Part shown: positions 1 through 10,481 of the stretch, piece after piece
How the letters are laid out: the number at the start of each line of letters is the position of its first letter
How positions within the stretch are numbered: position 1 is the stretch's first letter
Source of the DNA: Micavibrio sp.
GTDB taxonomy: Bacteria; Pseudomonadota; Alphaproteobacteria; Micavibrionales; Micavibrionaceae
Direction of reading: 5' to 3'
NCBI GenBank assembly: GCA_039808805.1
Contig: JBDHTU010000001.1
Span: 1-34,520, forward strand
DNA: 34,520 bases
Position numbers and translations under genes: made by a program
The notes under the pieces: model-generated
Told to the model about the DNA's origin: nothing
Database searches by the model: none
The model's input: the letters and a program-made list of their open reading frames with translations, nothing else

Positions 1-1178
1 AGGATTTTGTAATCAGGATGACGGGACAGGAAAGCCGAAACCTGATCTTCGTTTTCCTCCCGGAACAAGGAACATGTTGCATACACGAGACGGCCGCCAG
101 GCTTTACCTTGTCGGCAACCTTATCAAGGATGTCGGACTGCATCCGGATGATCTCCTCCAGCGACGGGCCGTACCATTTCCAGCGCAAATCTGGATTACG
201 CCGCCACGTGCCGGACGATGAGCACGGCGCATCGACAAGGACGACATCCATCGCGCCTTTTTGCCGGCGCAGCCATTTGCGGTTTTGTTCTTCTTCCAGG
301 GACCTGGTTTCGACATTGTGCACGCCTGCCTTGCGGTACCGGGGCTTGCCTTTTTCAAGGCGGCGCGTGTCGTTGTCCATGGCAACGATGTTCCCCTTGT
401 TGTTCATCATCGCGGCAAGGACCAAAGTCTTCCCGCCGCCGCCCGCGCAGAAATCAAGCACCCGCATACCCGGCTTTACACCGCTTACGAGGCCGATCAA
501 CTGCGATCCTTCATCCTGAATTTCGACAAGGCCGTTTCTGAACGCTTTTGAATCGCTCATGAACGGTTTTCCGGCAGCGCGAAGGCCAATAGACGAAAAC
601 GGTGTCTTGGCTGTGCGGATACGGTCCGCTTTCAGGGATTCGAGCGCCTCATCCCGCGTGCCTTTCAACGTGTTGACCCGCAGGTCCAACGGCGCGGGGG
701 CGATCATCGCGGCAAGGTCATCCTCAAACGTATCACCGAAAAGCGTTTTCAGTTTTTGAACGGCCCAGTCCGGACATTCACAGCGGACCTCTACCGGCAT
801 GGCGGGATCGGTCAGGCATTTGCCTGTCAGGAATTCTATGAATTTTTTTTCTTCCGTCTCCAGCGGTTCGGGATCGTGCCTCCCGCCCGTGAAGAAGGCA
901 TCAATATCAGCAAACGTTGCCCCATCATTCAACGCCAGATCGGCAATCACGCGGGCGCGGGATGTGTCCTGCATCTTTCCTTGCGCAATCCACCAGCCAA
1001 GCCGCGCATGGGCCCGCATGATCCGGTAGACCCGCTCGACAATGGCGGTCCGGTCCTTGGAACCGATGAATCGGCGCGCCGCCATAAAATCCCGGATCGT
1101 ATTGTCCATGGGAATTTTTCCGGCATTGATGCGGGCAAGGAGGTCTATGGCGCTGGAAATACGGGCGGCGTCTTTCAT
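1..1178 (-). CDS. RsmB/NOP2/Sun-family SAM-dependent RNA (cytosine-C5) methyltransferase. The 3' end runs off the window, so the C-terminus is truncated.
   Basis: The reverse-strand frame is open from the ATG at 1178 to position 1. It is absent from the ORF track because no stop lies in the window. The translation starts MKDAARISSAIDLLARI. It contains the SAM motif VLDFCAGGGGKT, the catalytic motif VLVDAPCSSSGTWRRNPD and the second catalytic Cys in YATCS. Confidence 0.85.
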   Translation of the reverse strand, partial: MKDAARISSAIDLLARINAGKIPMDNTIRDFMAARRFIGSKDRTAIVERVYRIMRAHARLGWWIAQGKMQDTSRARVIADLALNDGATFADIDAFFTGGRHDPEPLETEEKKFIEFLTGKCLTDPAMPVEVRCECPDWAVQKLKTLFGDTFEDDLAAMIAPAPLDLRVNTLKGTRDEALESLKADRIRTAKTPFSSIGLRAAGKPFMSDSKAFRNGLVEIQDEGSQLIGLVSGVKPGMRVLDFCAGGGGKTLVLAAMMNNKGNIVAMDNDTRRLEKGKPRYRKAGVHNVETRSLEEEQNRKWLRRQKGAMDVVLVDAPCSSSGTWRRNPDLRWKWYGPSLEEIIRMQSDILDKVADKVKPGGRLVYATCSLFREENEDQVSAFLSRHPDYKI

Positions 1179-1233
1179 GGCAGCGGGTTTAGCGCGTTTT
1201 GATGCAAAAAGGAAACTTTTTGAAAGGCCGCAT

Positions 1234-1260
1234 AAAAAAGCCCGCCTTGCGGCGGGCTTT
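1234..1260 (-). terminator. Rho-independent terminator after the 77-aa secreted-protein gene
   Basis: The stem is GCCCGCC / GGCGGGC with a 4-nt loop. On the minus strand it is followed by a T6 run, 18 nt downstream of the stop at 1278. Confidence 0.8.
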
Positions 1261-1277
1261 CCACAAAACAAAAACGC

Positions 1278-1511
1278 TTAGTGGGCGTGGTCTTCGGCCG
1301 GGTGCTCGTCGCCATGTTCTTCAGCATGTTCGCCAGCCGGGGCTTCTGCGTCCGGTGCAGCTTCTTCCGTGGCAGGAGCCGCATCTTCATCAGCAGGGGC
1401 GGCCTCCTCGGAAGCGGCCGGGGTTTCTTCAGCCTGGGCCTGGAAGGCATAGTACGCAGGGGCGGCGGCGATGAGGCCGGCAGCAGCCAGCATCAGGACG
1501 TATTTGTTCAT
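1278..1511 (-). CDS. Small secreted acidic protein with a His-rich C-terminal tail (77 aa), function unknown
   Basis: It has the signal-peptide-like N-terminus MNKYVLMLAAAGLIAAAPAYYAFQA. This is followed by E/A/P-rich low complexity ending EHAEEHGDEHPAEDHAH. It has its own terminator. The N-terminus is paralogous to the next gene. Confidence 0.6.
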   Translation of the reverse strand: MNKYVLMLAAAGLIAAAPAYYAFQAQAEETPAASEEAAPADEDAAPATEEAAPDAEAPAGEHAEEHGDEHPAEDHAH

Positions 1512-1610
1512 AAATCTCTCCGATATGAAGGGTTGGCGTTTCCATGTCCGGAAACATGTTCACTATGCCATGTTTGCAACAAAAATCAATCAGGCACCCG
1601 GAGCTTTTGC

Positions 1611-1642
1611 AAAAAAAGACCCGGCACAGGACCGGGCCTTTT
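1611..1642 (-). terminator. Probable rho-independent terminator after the 88-aa secreted-protein gene
   Basis: A short GC stem (CCCGG / CCGGG) is followed on the minus strand by a T7 run, about 20 nt after the stop at 1663. Confidence 0.55.
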
Positions 1643-1662
1643 CCGAATCCCCGGGCGATGCC

Positions 1663-1929
1663 TTAGTGGACCAGCTTGCCTTCCTTGACGGTCAGAGACG
1701 TACCGTCGCTGGCTTTGTGGTCACCATCCGGAGCGGCCGTCTTGGTGCCGTCGGCGGCGACGACAAACACGGCGTCTTCTTCAACGACAACCTTCGTGCC
1801 GTCTTCGAGCGTATATTCTTTTACGGTGACTTCTTCTGCAACCGGGGCGACAGCCTCTTCAGCCTTGACGATAGCGGGAGCGAACGCGACGAAACCGGCA
1901 GCAGCCAGCATAAGAGCATATTTGGTCAT
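1663..1929 (-). CDS. Small secreted protein with DGT(K/S) beta-hairpin-like repeats (88 aa), function unknown
   Basis: The ORF track gives 1663-1935. I prefer the ATG at 1929 because GAGGA lies 7 nt upstream. That start gives MTKYALMLAAAGFVAFAPAIVKA, parallel to the neighbour's MNKYVLMLAAAG. The mature part has three DGT-containing segments: EDGTKVVVEED, ADGTKTAAPDG and SDGTSLTVKEG. Confidence 0.6.
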   Translation of the reverse strand: MTKYALMLAAAGFVAFAPAIVKAEEAVAPVAEEVTVKEYTLEDGTKVVVEEDAVFVVAADGTKTAAPDGDHKASDGTSLTVKEGKLVH

Positions 1930-2131
1930 GGGCATGTCCTCTTCAAAACCGGTGCGTCATTGCCCCGGCCAGATCATCTAGGGTTAAACCCGCAAAAATA
2001 TCAAGGGCGCAGGAGGAGGAAGGCCGCAATAGACAGAATATATCCCTGTTTTTGCTGCAGGGCTGCGAGTCTGTTTTTACCGCGGCGGGAATGTAGCCGG
2101 CGCATAAAGATGGCGGTATAATTTCCATATT

Positions 2132-2686
2132 CTATGAGCACAGCACCGCCGTGTCCCGCCAGCCGTAACAGACTTCCTTCAGTTTCGACGGGCCGATTTC
2201 GATCATCTTATTGCCGATCTTCTGCCCGCCCATTTTTTCATAGAAGCTTTTGGCGCGCGCATTTCCATCCAGAACCCAAAGACAGACCGCCCCATGCTTT
2301 TGTTCTTTGAGCGTGCGCGCGGCGTGTTTGATCAGCATCGTACCGATCCCCCGCCGCCAGAAATCGGGATGAAGGTAGAGCGCATAGATCTCCCCGGAAT
2401 GGGAGGGGCGGATCGGGGACGATCCCGGCGGCGGCGTTTTGGTGCGACCGGTTACGACAAAACCGGCAGGCCGGCCCCCCTCTTCCGCCAGAAACACATC
2501 GCTTTCCCCTGCGGCCATCCAGTTCGTCCAATCGGCGATTCTTTTCCCGACGCTTAAGGAATCCAGATACGCCTGATCGACGATGCCGCCATAGGCGCCC
2601 TTCCATCCTTCGACATGAAGGGCCGCGATAGCGGGAATATCGGCCTGGCTGGCGGGACGGATGGTCGGCATGGCGTCTTCTTTCAA
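2132..2686 (-). CDS. GNAT-family N-acetyltransferase
   Basis: The acetyl-CoA binding core is YALYLHPDFWRRGIGTMLIKHA, followed by SFYEKMGG. An alternative start is the ATG at 2671 (MPTIRPAS). Confidence 0.85.
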   Translation of the reverse strand: MKEDAMPTIRPASQADIPAIAALHVEGWKGAYGGIVDQAYLDSLSVGKRIADWTNWMAAGESDVFLAEEGGRPAGFVVTGRTKTPPPGSSPIRPSHSGEIYALYLHPDFWRRGIGTMLIKHAARTLKEQKHGAVCLWVLDGNARAKSFYEKMGGQKIGNKMIEIGPSKLKEVCYGWRDTAVLCS

Positions 2687-2740
2687 ACTGCGCTAGGATC
2701 GAAGGGTTGTTTTATAGCTTATCTGACAAGGAATTTCATC

Positions 2741-2914
2741 ATGGCCGACGGAACGAACAAAACCCTCCTGATCGTCATTGCCCTGCTGCTGGCCGGTATC
2801 CTCGGCCTTCTCGTTCTGCAGGCGACCAAGAAAACGCCGCAGGAAAAAATAGCGGATTCGGTGAGCGAAACGATTAACGATATCGGCGACGCGGTTTCCA
2901 AAAAGGCCGAATAA
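2741..2914 (+). CDS. Small single-pass membrane protein (57 aa), hypothetical
   Basis: This uses an internal ATG of ORF 2615-2914. The sequence is MADGTNKTLLIVIALLLAGILGLLVLQATKK plus a charged tail. It is divergent from the GNAT gene. Confidence 0.45.
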   Translation: MADGTNKTLLIVIALLLAGILGLLVLQATKKTPQEKIADSVSETINDIGDAVSKKAE

Positions 2915-3016
2915 CCTCCCCTGTCCGTCATTCCGAACGAATGTGAGAAATCTTTGCCCTTAAACGGGGAGCGAAGATCCCTCACCCACAAAGGGTTCGG
3001 GATGACGGTTTATAAA

Positions 3017-4639
<1,623 letters not shown>

Positions 4640-4736
4640 TCATAAAAGTAAAATAAAGTTATGCGTGCGATTGCCGCCCGGCCAAGGAGCGGCTGCGCTT
4701 AAACCTTGAGTAGGCGTTGCGAAAAGTTAACGACTG

Positions 4737-5390
4737 CTAGGCCCGGCTTTCGGCGCTGCGGCGGAAGCCCGTTGCCACGACATATGTCTCCGGCGATTCC
4801 TTGCGCGAGGCCGGCGGCTTTATGTGTTTGACGGATTTGAAATCCTTTTTCATGCGCGCCAGAAGTTCGCCTTCCGTGCCGCCCTGAAACACCTTGGCGA
4901 CGAACGATCCGTTCGGCTTTAAAATCTCGATAGCAAAATCGTATCCGGCCTCGACCAGCGCCATGATCTTGTTGTGGTCCGTGTTGCGGTGTCCCACCGT
5001 GTTGTGCGCGATGTCGGACATCACGACATCCGCCTGCTCGCCGCCCAGCGCGTTCATCAGGACATCCGGCGCGTCGTCGTCCATGAAATCCATCTGGAAA
5101 AACGTCACGCCCGGAATTTCATCCATCTCCAGAAGATCGATGGCGACGACATGCCTGCACCCCTTTTCGACCGCGACCTGGCACCAACCGCCCGGCGCCG
5201 CGCCAAGGTCGACCACCACCTGCCCTTTTTTCAGGATGTGGGCTTTTTCGTCGATCTCCTTGATCTTATAGGCCGCGCGGGACCGGTATCCTTCCTTCTT
5301 GGCCTTGGCCACGTACGGGTCTGTCAATTGACGCTCGATCCATTTGATCGAGGAAATCTTGCGGCCTTTGGCTGTCTTGATCTTTTTCAT
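4737..5390 (-). CDS. rlmE: 23S rRNA (uridine-2'-O)-methyltransferase RlmE/FtsJ
   Basis: Motifs seen are WIERQLTDPYVAKAKKEGYRSRAAYKI, VVDLGAAPGGWCQV and VMSDIAHNTVGH. The start is taken at MKKIKTAKG (5390). Confidence 0.93.
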   Translation of the reverse strand: MKKIKTAKGRKISSIKWIERQLTDPYVAKAKKEGYRSRAAYKIKEIDEKAHILKKGQVVVDLGAAPGGWCQVAVEKGCRHVVAIDLLEMDEIPGVTFFQMDFMDDDAPDVLMNALGGEQADVVMSDIAHNTVGHRNTDHNKIMALVEAGYDFAIEILKPNGSFVAKVFQGGTEGELLARMKKDFKSVKHIKPPASRKESPETYVVATGFRRSAESRA

Positions 5391-5394
5391 GGGC

Positions 5395-5751
5395 TCACAA
5401 AACCATAACGAGGGCGGAAACGCAAAAGGCACCGATCATCATCGTGATCGAGGCCGCGATATGGATGCTCTTGTCCACGCCGGGGGAATAATGGGCCAGA
5501 ATCATAAAAAGCGTGATGAACAGCGCGTAGGTTACAAGACCCCTGGCATAGGCGTCGCTTTCCATCAGGCCGAAAATCCCGTTGGCATAGCCTATATCGC
5601 CCATCAGTTCGACCTGAAGGCGCAGCAAAAGGACGCAGGCGCAGATAAAACCCACCGTAAAGAGGCGCTTTCCCTTTTCCATCGTCAGGAGGGCGACGGG
5701 AATCCACATCAGGTCAATCCATTGATACAGGGTTTGGGCTAGGCTCATCAT
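5395..5751 (-). CDS. Hypothetical integral membrane protein (3-4 TM helices)
   Basis: The ORF is hydrophobic (WIPVALL, FICACVLLL, YALFITLFMILA, MMIGAFCVSALVMVL). Its stop lies 4 nt upstream of the rlmE start. The start is uncertain: 5799 on the track, but MMSLAQ at 5751 leaves room for a divergent promoter. Confidence 0.6.
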   Translation of the reverse strand: MMSLAQTLYQWIDLMWIPVALLTMEKGKRLFTVGFICACVLLLRLQVELMGDIGYANGIFGLMESDAYARGLVTYALFITLFMILAHYSPGVDKSIHIAASITMMIGAFCVSALVMVL

Positions 5752-5813
5752 GCGGCTTGGGCTATGGTTTGGGGGGCCCCAAGGCCCTGTTTTCACCATA
5801 ATTTGAATTCACA

Positions 5814-7196
5814 GTGATTGCCATGACGTTTTACAGATTGATCCGTTTTTTCGCTCTGTCCGCCCTTTGCGCCATGCTGTGGGCTGCGCCGGCAGCCGCA
5901 CAAACCATCATCCGCGACACGGAAATTGAGGCCGACATGGCCGAATGGTTCGCCCCTGTGTTCAAAGCCGCGGGGATGAGCCCGGACCAGGTCAATATCA
6001 TTATCGTGCAGGACGACCAGATCAACGCCTTTGTCGCCGGCGGCTCCAACATCTTTTTTTACACCGGGCTTTTGCAGAAAACCGAAAACCCGGGCGAAGT
6101 GATCGGCGTCATGGCGCACGAGCTGGGCCACATTACCGGCGGGCATTTGATCCGCGGTCGCGAAGCCATGGAGCAGGCGTCCTACGAGTCCATCCTGGGC
6201 ATGATCCTCGGCGGCGCGGCCACGCTCGCTACCGGCGACGGCGGCGCCATGGCCACCATCGGTGCGGGCGCGAATTCCATGGCCCAGCGCCGTTTTCTCA
6301 AACACACCCGCGCGTTTGAATCCAGCGCCGATCAGGCGGCGCTGAAATTCCTTGGCTCCGCGCATCTAAATCCCACGGGGCTCGAAACCTTCATGCACAA
6401 GCTGGAAGGACAGGAACTGCGTCCGGAATCGCAGCAATCGGAATATGTGCGCTCCCACCCGCTGACCCGCGACCGTATCGCGACGATCGAGGCACGCGTG
6501 GAACAATCCCCGGACAAGGACAAGGCGTATCCCGACGAATGGAACAAACAGCACCGGATGATGCTGGCAAAACTGCGCGGCTATATCACGCCGCAGCAAG
6601 TTGTGTGGACCTATGACGATCGCGACAATTCGCGTGAATCCGTTACCGCCCGCACCATTGCGGCCTATCGCACAAATGATGTCGCCAAGGCGTTGAAGCT
6701 TTCCGACCAGATGCTGACGATGGAGCCGAACAATCCCTATTTCCTCGAACTGCGCGGACAGATGCTGATGGATTTCGGACGCGTGGCCGAAGCCATGCCC
6801 TTCTATGAAAAGGCGGTGGCGCAAAAACCGGACGCGGCGCTGATCCGCACCGCTCTCGCCCATGCCCAGATCGAGACCGCCGGTAACGACAAGTCAAAAC
6901 TGCAAAAGGCGGTGAGCAATCTCACGCTCGCGCAAGAGGCAGAGCCGAAATCCACCCGCATCCACCGCCTTCTGGCCACGGCTTACGGCCGGATGGGGGA
7001 TGAGCCGCGCGCGAAACTTCACCTGGCGGAAGAGGCGCTTTTGCAACGGAAATACGATTACGCGAAAAACCAGGCCATGGCGGCGCAAAAAGGGCTGAAA
7101 TCCGGCTCGGCAGACTGGATCAGGGCCGGGGACATTCTAAATTACATTACCTATGAAAAAGACCGCAGCGGCGGCAATGACGAAGAACGGGGATGA
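5814..7196 (+). CDS. M48-family zinc metalloprotease with C-terminal TPR repeats (BepA/YfgC-like)
   Basis: It has a signal peptide ending AAPAAAQ and the HExxH motif in VMAHELGHITGGH. A downstream ADQAALKFL region follows. TPR-like helices occupy the C-terminal half. Confidence 0.9.
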   Translation: MIAMTFYRLIRFFALSALCAMLWAAPAAAQTIIRDTEIEADMAEWFAPVFKAAGMSPDQVNIIIVQDDQINAFVAGGSNIFFYTGLLQKTENPGEVIGVMAHELGHITGGHLIRGREAMEQASYESILGMILGGAATLATGDGGAMATIGAGANSMAQRRFLKHTRAFESSADQAALKFLGSAHLNPTGLETFMHKLEGQELRPESQQSEYVRSHPLTRDRIATIEARVEQSPDKDKAYPDEWNKQHRMMLAKLRGYITPQQVVWTYDDRDNSRESVTARTIAAYRTNDVAKALKLSDQMLTMEPNNPYFLELRGQMLMDFGRVAEAMPFYEKAVAQKPDAALIRTALAHAQIETAGNDKSKLQKAVSNLTLAQEAEPKSTRIHRLLATAYGRMGDEPRAKLHLAEEALLQRKYDYAKNQAMAAQKGLKSGSADWIRAGDILNYITYEKDRSGGNDEERG

Positions 7197-7284
7197 TGCT
7201 TTCGTTTTTGCCCTGCCCAAACCCGTTCAGGTAAGATACTATACGACCGAATTAACTTTGAACCCTATCAAGGAGATACGCACC

Positions 7285-8022
7285 GTGACCCGTTTTGCCC
7301 TGCCCCTGATGATGGCCGCCATCGCTTTTCCCGGCGTCGCCAAGGCTGAAATGACCGCCGAGCAGAGAAAGGAAGTCGAGGAAATCGTTCGCCAGTACGT
7401 TCTCGAACACGGCGATCTCCTGATCGAAAGCGTCAACAAATACCAGGCGAAACAGGAAGCCGAAATGAACAGGCTCTCCGAAACCAAGGCCAAGGAATTC
7501 GTCGCGACGCTGAAGGATGAGAAAAACCTCGCCATCGCCGGAAACCCGAAGGGCGACGTGACGGTTGTCGAATTTTTCGATTACAACTGCGGTTATTGCA
7601 AAAAGGCGTTCGATGAAATCCTCTCGCTCGTGAACGATGACAAAAACGTCAAGGTTGTGCTGTACGACATGCCCATTCTGGGCCCGTCTTCGCACGAAAT
7701 TTCCAAATGGGCGCTGGCTTCGAAAAAACAGGACAAATATTTTGAATATCACCGCGCGCTGATGACGCATAACGGCGAAAAGACGGATGAAGTGTTCAAG
7801 GAACTGGCCAAGAATGCCGGTATGGACCCTGATCAGCTTGCCAAGGACAAGGATGATCCGGCGATTGAAGAAGAAATCCAGAAACACCTGAAAATCGCAC
7901 AGGAACTCGGCATCCAAGGCACGCCGGGCTTCCTGATCAACGAATCTATTTTCAAGGGATACATCCCCTATGACCAGATGAAGGAAGTCATCGCCAAGGC
8001 CCGCGCCGTTCCAAAAAAATAA
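7285..8022 (+). CDS. DsbA-family thiol:disulfide oxidoreductase (periplasmic)
   Basis: The start is a GTG at 7285 preceded by AAGGAGA, in frame with track ORF 7153-8022. The signal peptide is VTRFALPLMMAAIAFPGVAKA. The active site is FFDYNCGYCKK, and the cis-Pro region is GTPGFLI. Confidence 0.88.
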   Translation: MTRFALPLMMAAIAFPGVAKAEMTAEQRKEVEEIVRQYVLEHGDLLIESVNKYQAKQEAEMNRLSETKAKEFVATLKDEKNLAIAGNPKGDVTVVEFFDYNCGYCKKAFDEILSLVNDDKNVKVVLYDMPILGPSSHEISKWALASKKQDKYFEYHRALMTHNGEKTDEVFKELAKNAGMDPDQLAKDKDDPAIEEEIQKHLKIAQELGIQGTPGFLINESIFKGYIPYDQMKEVIAKARAVPKK

Positions 8023-8035
8023 ACGGGGGACCATC

Positions 8036-8635
8036 ATGATATTCCGGATCGTCGTCATCTGCCTTGCGCTCGCAGCCGCTTACGTAGGGTATGAATTATG
8101 GGCGGTCCGGAATTTCTATAAAACGCTACAGGAGCCGGACCCGGCTTTTACCGTTGTCAATGACGGGAACCAACCTTCCATCACAATCGTTGAGCTTTTG
8201 AACTATAATTGCGTCGAGTGCCGCAAGGCGCATCTCGTGCTTTTGGATTATGCCGAAAGCAACAAGGACGTGCGGCTTGTAATCCGGCCGGTTCCTTTTA
8301 CCAATTCCAAAGACCCGACAGAACGCGCGCTGGCGGCGGGGCTGCAGGGAAAGTTCCGGGAATTTGATCGCGCAATGACGGAATTCGGCGGCCAGTATAC
8401 GGAAAAATTTTATCGTGAAGCGGCGGCCCTGTACGAAGTGGATTATGACCGGATGATCAAAGACTCCGCAGGTGAAACCGTTTTTGACATGGCGTCCGAA
8501 AATGCAAAGGCTGCGACGCTTGCCAGGATTACAACCACGCCGGCCCTCATGATCGGCAAGACGCTGTATCAGCCGGAAGGAGAGTTGACACTGCCGGATT
8601 TGATCCGCATGGTGCAACAAGAAAAGGCCCGCTGA
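8036..8635 (+). CDS. Membrane-anchored DsbA-like thioredoxin-fold protein
   Basis: The N-terminal TM helix is MIFRIVVICLALAAAYVGY. The CxxC motif sits in LLNYNCVECRKA, and TTPALMIG is the cis-Pro loop. It starts 13 nt after the preceding DsbA gene. Confidence 0.8.
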   Translation: MIFRIVVICLALAAAYVGYELWAVRNFYKTLQEPDPAFTVVNDGNQPSITIVELLNYNCVECRKAHLVLLDYAESNKDVRLVIRPVPFTNSKDPTERALAAGLQGKFREFDRAMTEFGGQYTEKFYREAAALYEVDYDRMIKDSAGETVFDMASENAKAATLARITTTPALMIGKTLYQPEGELTLPDLIRMVQQEKAR

Positions 8636-8684
8636 TCGATACGGTTTTTGAAATTTTGATCAATCTCATTGAAAGGATACATCG

Positions 8685-9470
8685 ATGAAACGCTCCCTCC
8701 ACCTTCTTCCCTTGATGGCGTTCACCGCCATGACGCTTGTTCTCGCAGGCTGCGACGACAAGGCGGAAGACCAATCCGCCGATGCGACGATCACCGCCCC
8801 GGCCGCCGACGAAACGGCAACCTCCGTCATGCCAACAGCCGAAACAGCGCCGGCCACAACGGATATGGTCGAGGCCGCGGCGCCGATGATCAGCGCAGAA
8901 GGCGCCAACGCCTACGCCACGGCAGAAGGCGCGACGACAGGCGCAATCTTTTTGACGCTGCACAATCCGGGCAGCGAAGCCGACCGCCTTGTCGGCGCAT
9001 CCACAACAAAGGCCGCCACGGTTGAAATCCATGAAAACACCGTTGCCGCCGACGGCACGATGGAAATGCGCAAAGTCGATGGCGTGGATATTCCTCCGGG
9101 CCAGCAGGTCAGCCTCAGCCCCAACGGCTATCACATCATGCTGATGGGTCTTTCCGCGCCGCTGGTTCAGGGCGAAACCTTCGATGTCACGCTGGACTTT
9201 GAAAAAGCCCCGGATGTGACCGTGCCCGTAACGATCACCGCACCGGGCGGCGATGCCGTCGGCAGTGACGGCACCGCGTCGATGGATCACACCGACCATG
9301 TCCCGGCCGAAGCCAGTGATATCCCGGCAACGGACGAACCTGTAACGGAAACCACGGCACCGGCCGCAGAAACCCCGGCGTACGGCTCCACCATGCCGGG
9401 TGAGGCTGCAGAGTCTTCGCCTTCGGCCACGACCGATACGCCGACGGCCGATGTCCCCGCAGGCCAGTAA
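8685..9470 (+). CDS. PCu(A)C-type periplasmic copper chaperone lipoprotein with low-complexity T/A/P/E tails
   Basis: The lipobox is LVLAGC. The copper motif H-x11-M-x21-H-x-M is intact: IHENTVAADGTMEM then 21 aa then YHIMLMG. The C-terminal extension contains MDHTDH. Confidence 0.85.
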   Translation: MKRSLHLLPLMAFTAMTLVLAGCDDKAEDQSADATITAPAADETATSVMPTAETAPATTDMVEAAAPMISAEGANAYATAEGATTGAIFLTLHNPGSEADRLVGASTTKAATVEIHENTVAADGTMEMRKVDGVDIPPGQQVSLSPNGYHIMLMGLSAPLVQGETFDVTLDFEKAPDVTVPVTITAPGGDAVGSDGTASMDHTDHVPAEASDIPATDEPVTETTAPAAETPAYGSTMPGEAAESSPSATTDTPTADVPAGQ

Positions 9471-9903
9471 AAAAATCCTGATCCTCAACGGCCCGAACCT
9501 CAACATGCTTGGGGTTCGGGAACCGTCTATTTACGGGCGCGATACGTTGCAGGATATCCATGTGATGTGCACGGAAAAGGCGGGGACCCTGACATATTCC
9601 GTCGATTTCCGGCAAAGCAATCATGAAGGCGAACTGGTCACCTGGATCCAGGAAGAGCGGAACTCCATCTGCGGCCTGATCATCAACGCGGGCGCCTATA
9701 CCCATACCTCGCTGGCGATCCACGATGCGCTCAAGCTTCTGGACGTGCCGATTATCGAAGTCCACCTGTCCGACCCCGAAAAACGCGAAGAATTCCGCCA
9801 TTTTTCATATATATCCCTTGTGGCCGCCAAAGTCATAAAAGGCAAGGGATCAGCGGGTTACAGCGAGGCGATAGAGGCCTTGTCCACATTGGTTAAAGCC
9901 TGA
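9451..9903 (+). CDS. aroQ: Type II 3-dehydroquinate dehydratase
   Basis: Motifs seen are KKILILNGPNLNMLGVREPSIYG, FRQSNHEGELV, IINAGAYTHTS and IEVHLSDPEKREEFRH. The start is taken at MSPQASKK, which overlaps the PCuAC 3' end by 20 nt. Confidence 0.93.
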   Translation: MSPQASKKILILNGPNLNMLGVREPSIYGRDTLQDIHVMCTEKAGTLTYSVDFRQSNHEGELVTWIQEERNSICGLIINAGAYTHTSLAIHDALKLLDVPIIEVHLSDPEKREEFRHFSYISLVAAKVIKGKGSAGYSEAIEALSTLVKA

Positions 9904-9985
9904 GCGCCCGATTCCTTTGACTTTTCAGTGCTTTTTCTCTATTCAAGGACGCTTGAAAATTAACGAATAGCGGTTGTGAGCCTGC

Positions 9986-10450
9986 ATGAAAATCGACGCG
10001 AAAGCGATCCGCCAGCTGGCGGACCTCCTGAATGAAACCGGCCTGACGGAAATCGAGGTCGCCGAAGGCGATCAGATGATCCGCGTGAACAAGGGCGGTG
10101 TTTTCCTGGGCGGCGGCCATGCGCATGCCGCACCTGCCAACATCAACATGCCGTCGGACCCGACGCTGCCGCAAAAGGCGAACACGGCCCTGCCGGCCAC
10201 GGTCACAGGCGACCATCCCGGCGCCGTCACATCCCCCATGGTGGGCACGGCCTATCTGGCCCCGGAACCGGGCGCGGCGACCTTTGTGAAAAAAGGCGAC
10301 ACCGTTGCCGCCGGCGATACGCTGCTGATCATCGAAGCGATGAAGGTGATGAACCCGATCAAGGCTTCCAAGGGCGGAACCATTACGCAAATCCTCGTCG
10401 AAAGCGGTAAGCCGGTTGAGTATGGCGACGTTCTGATGGTGATCGAGTAA
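9986..10450 (+). CDS. accB: Biotin carboxyl carrier protein of acetyl-CoA carboxylase
   Basis: It has a Pro/Ala linker and the biotinyl-lysine motif LIIEAMKVMNPI. Confidence 0.95.
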   Translation: MKIDAKAIRQLADLLNETGLTEIEVAEGDQMIRVNKGGVFLGGGHAHAAPANINMPSDPTLPQKANTALPATVTGDHPGAVTSPMVGTAYLAPEPGAATFVKKGDTVAAGDTLLIIEAMKVMNPIKASKGGTITQILVESGKPVEYGDVLMVIE

Positions 10451-10481
10451 GATCAAATCCGCGAAGGAGCCGAAGGCTTTC

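Noticed and set aside
5793-6863. Minus-strand ORFs 5793-6365 and 6366-6863
   Set aside because: They lie antisense to the M48/TPR protease, which carries HExxH in the plus frame.
8547-9506. 319-aa minus-strand ORF
   Set aside because: It lies antisense to the PCuAC gene. It is extremely Arg/Gly/Cys-rich.
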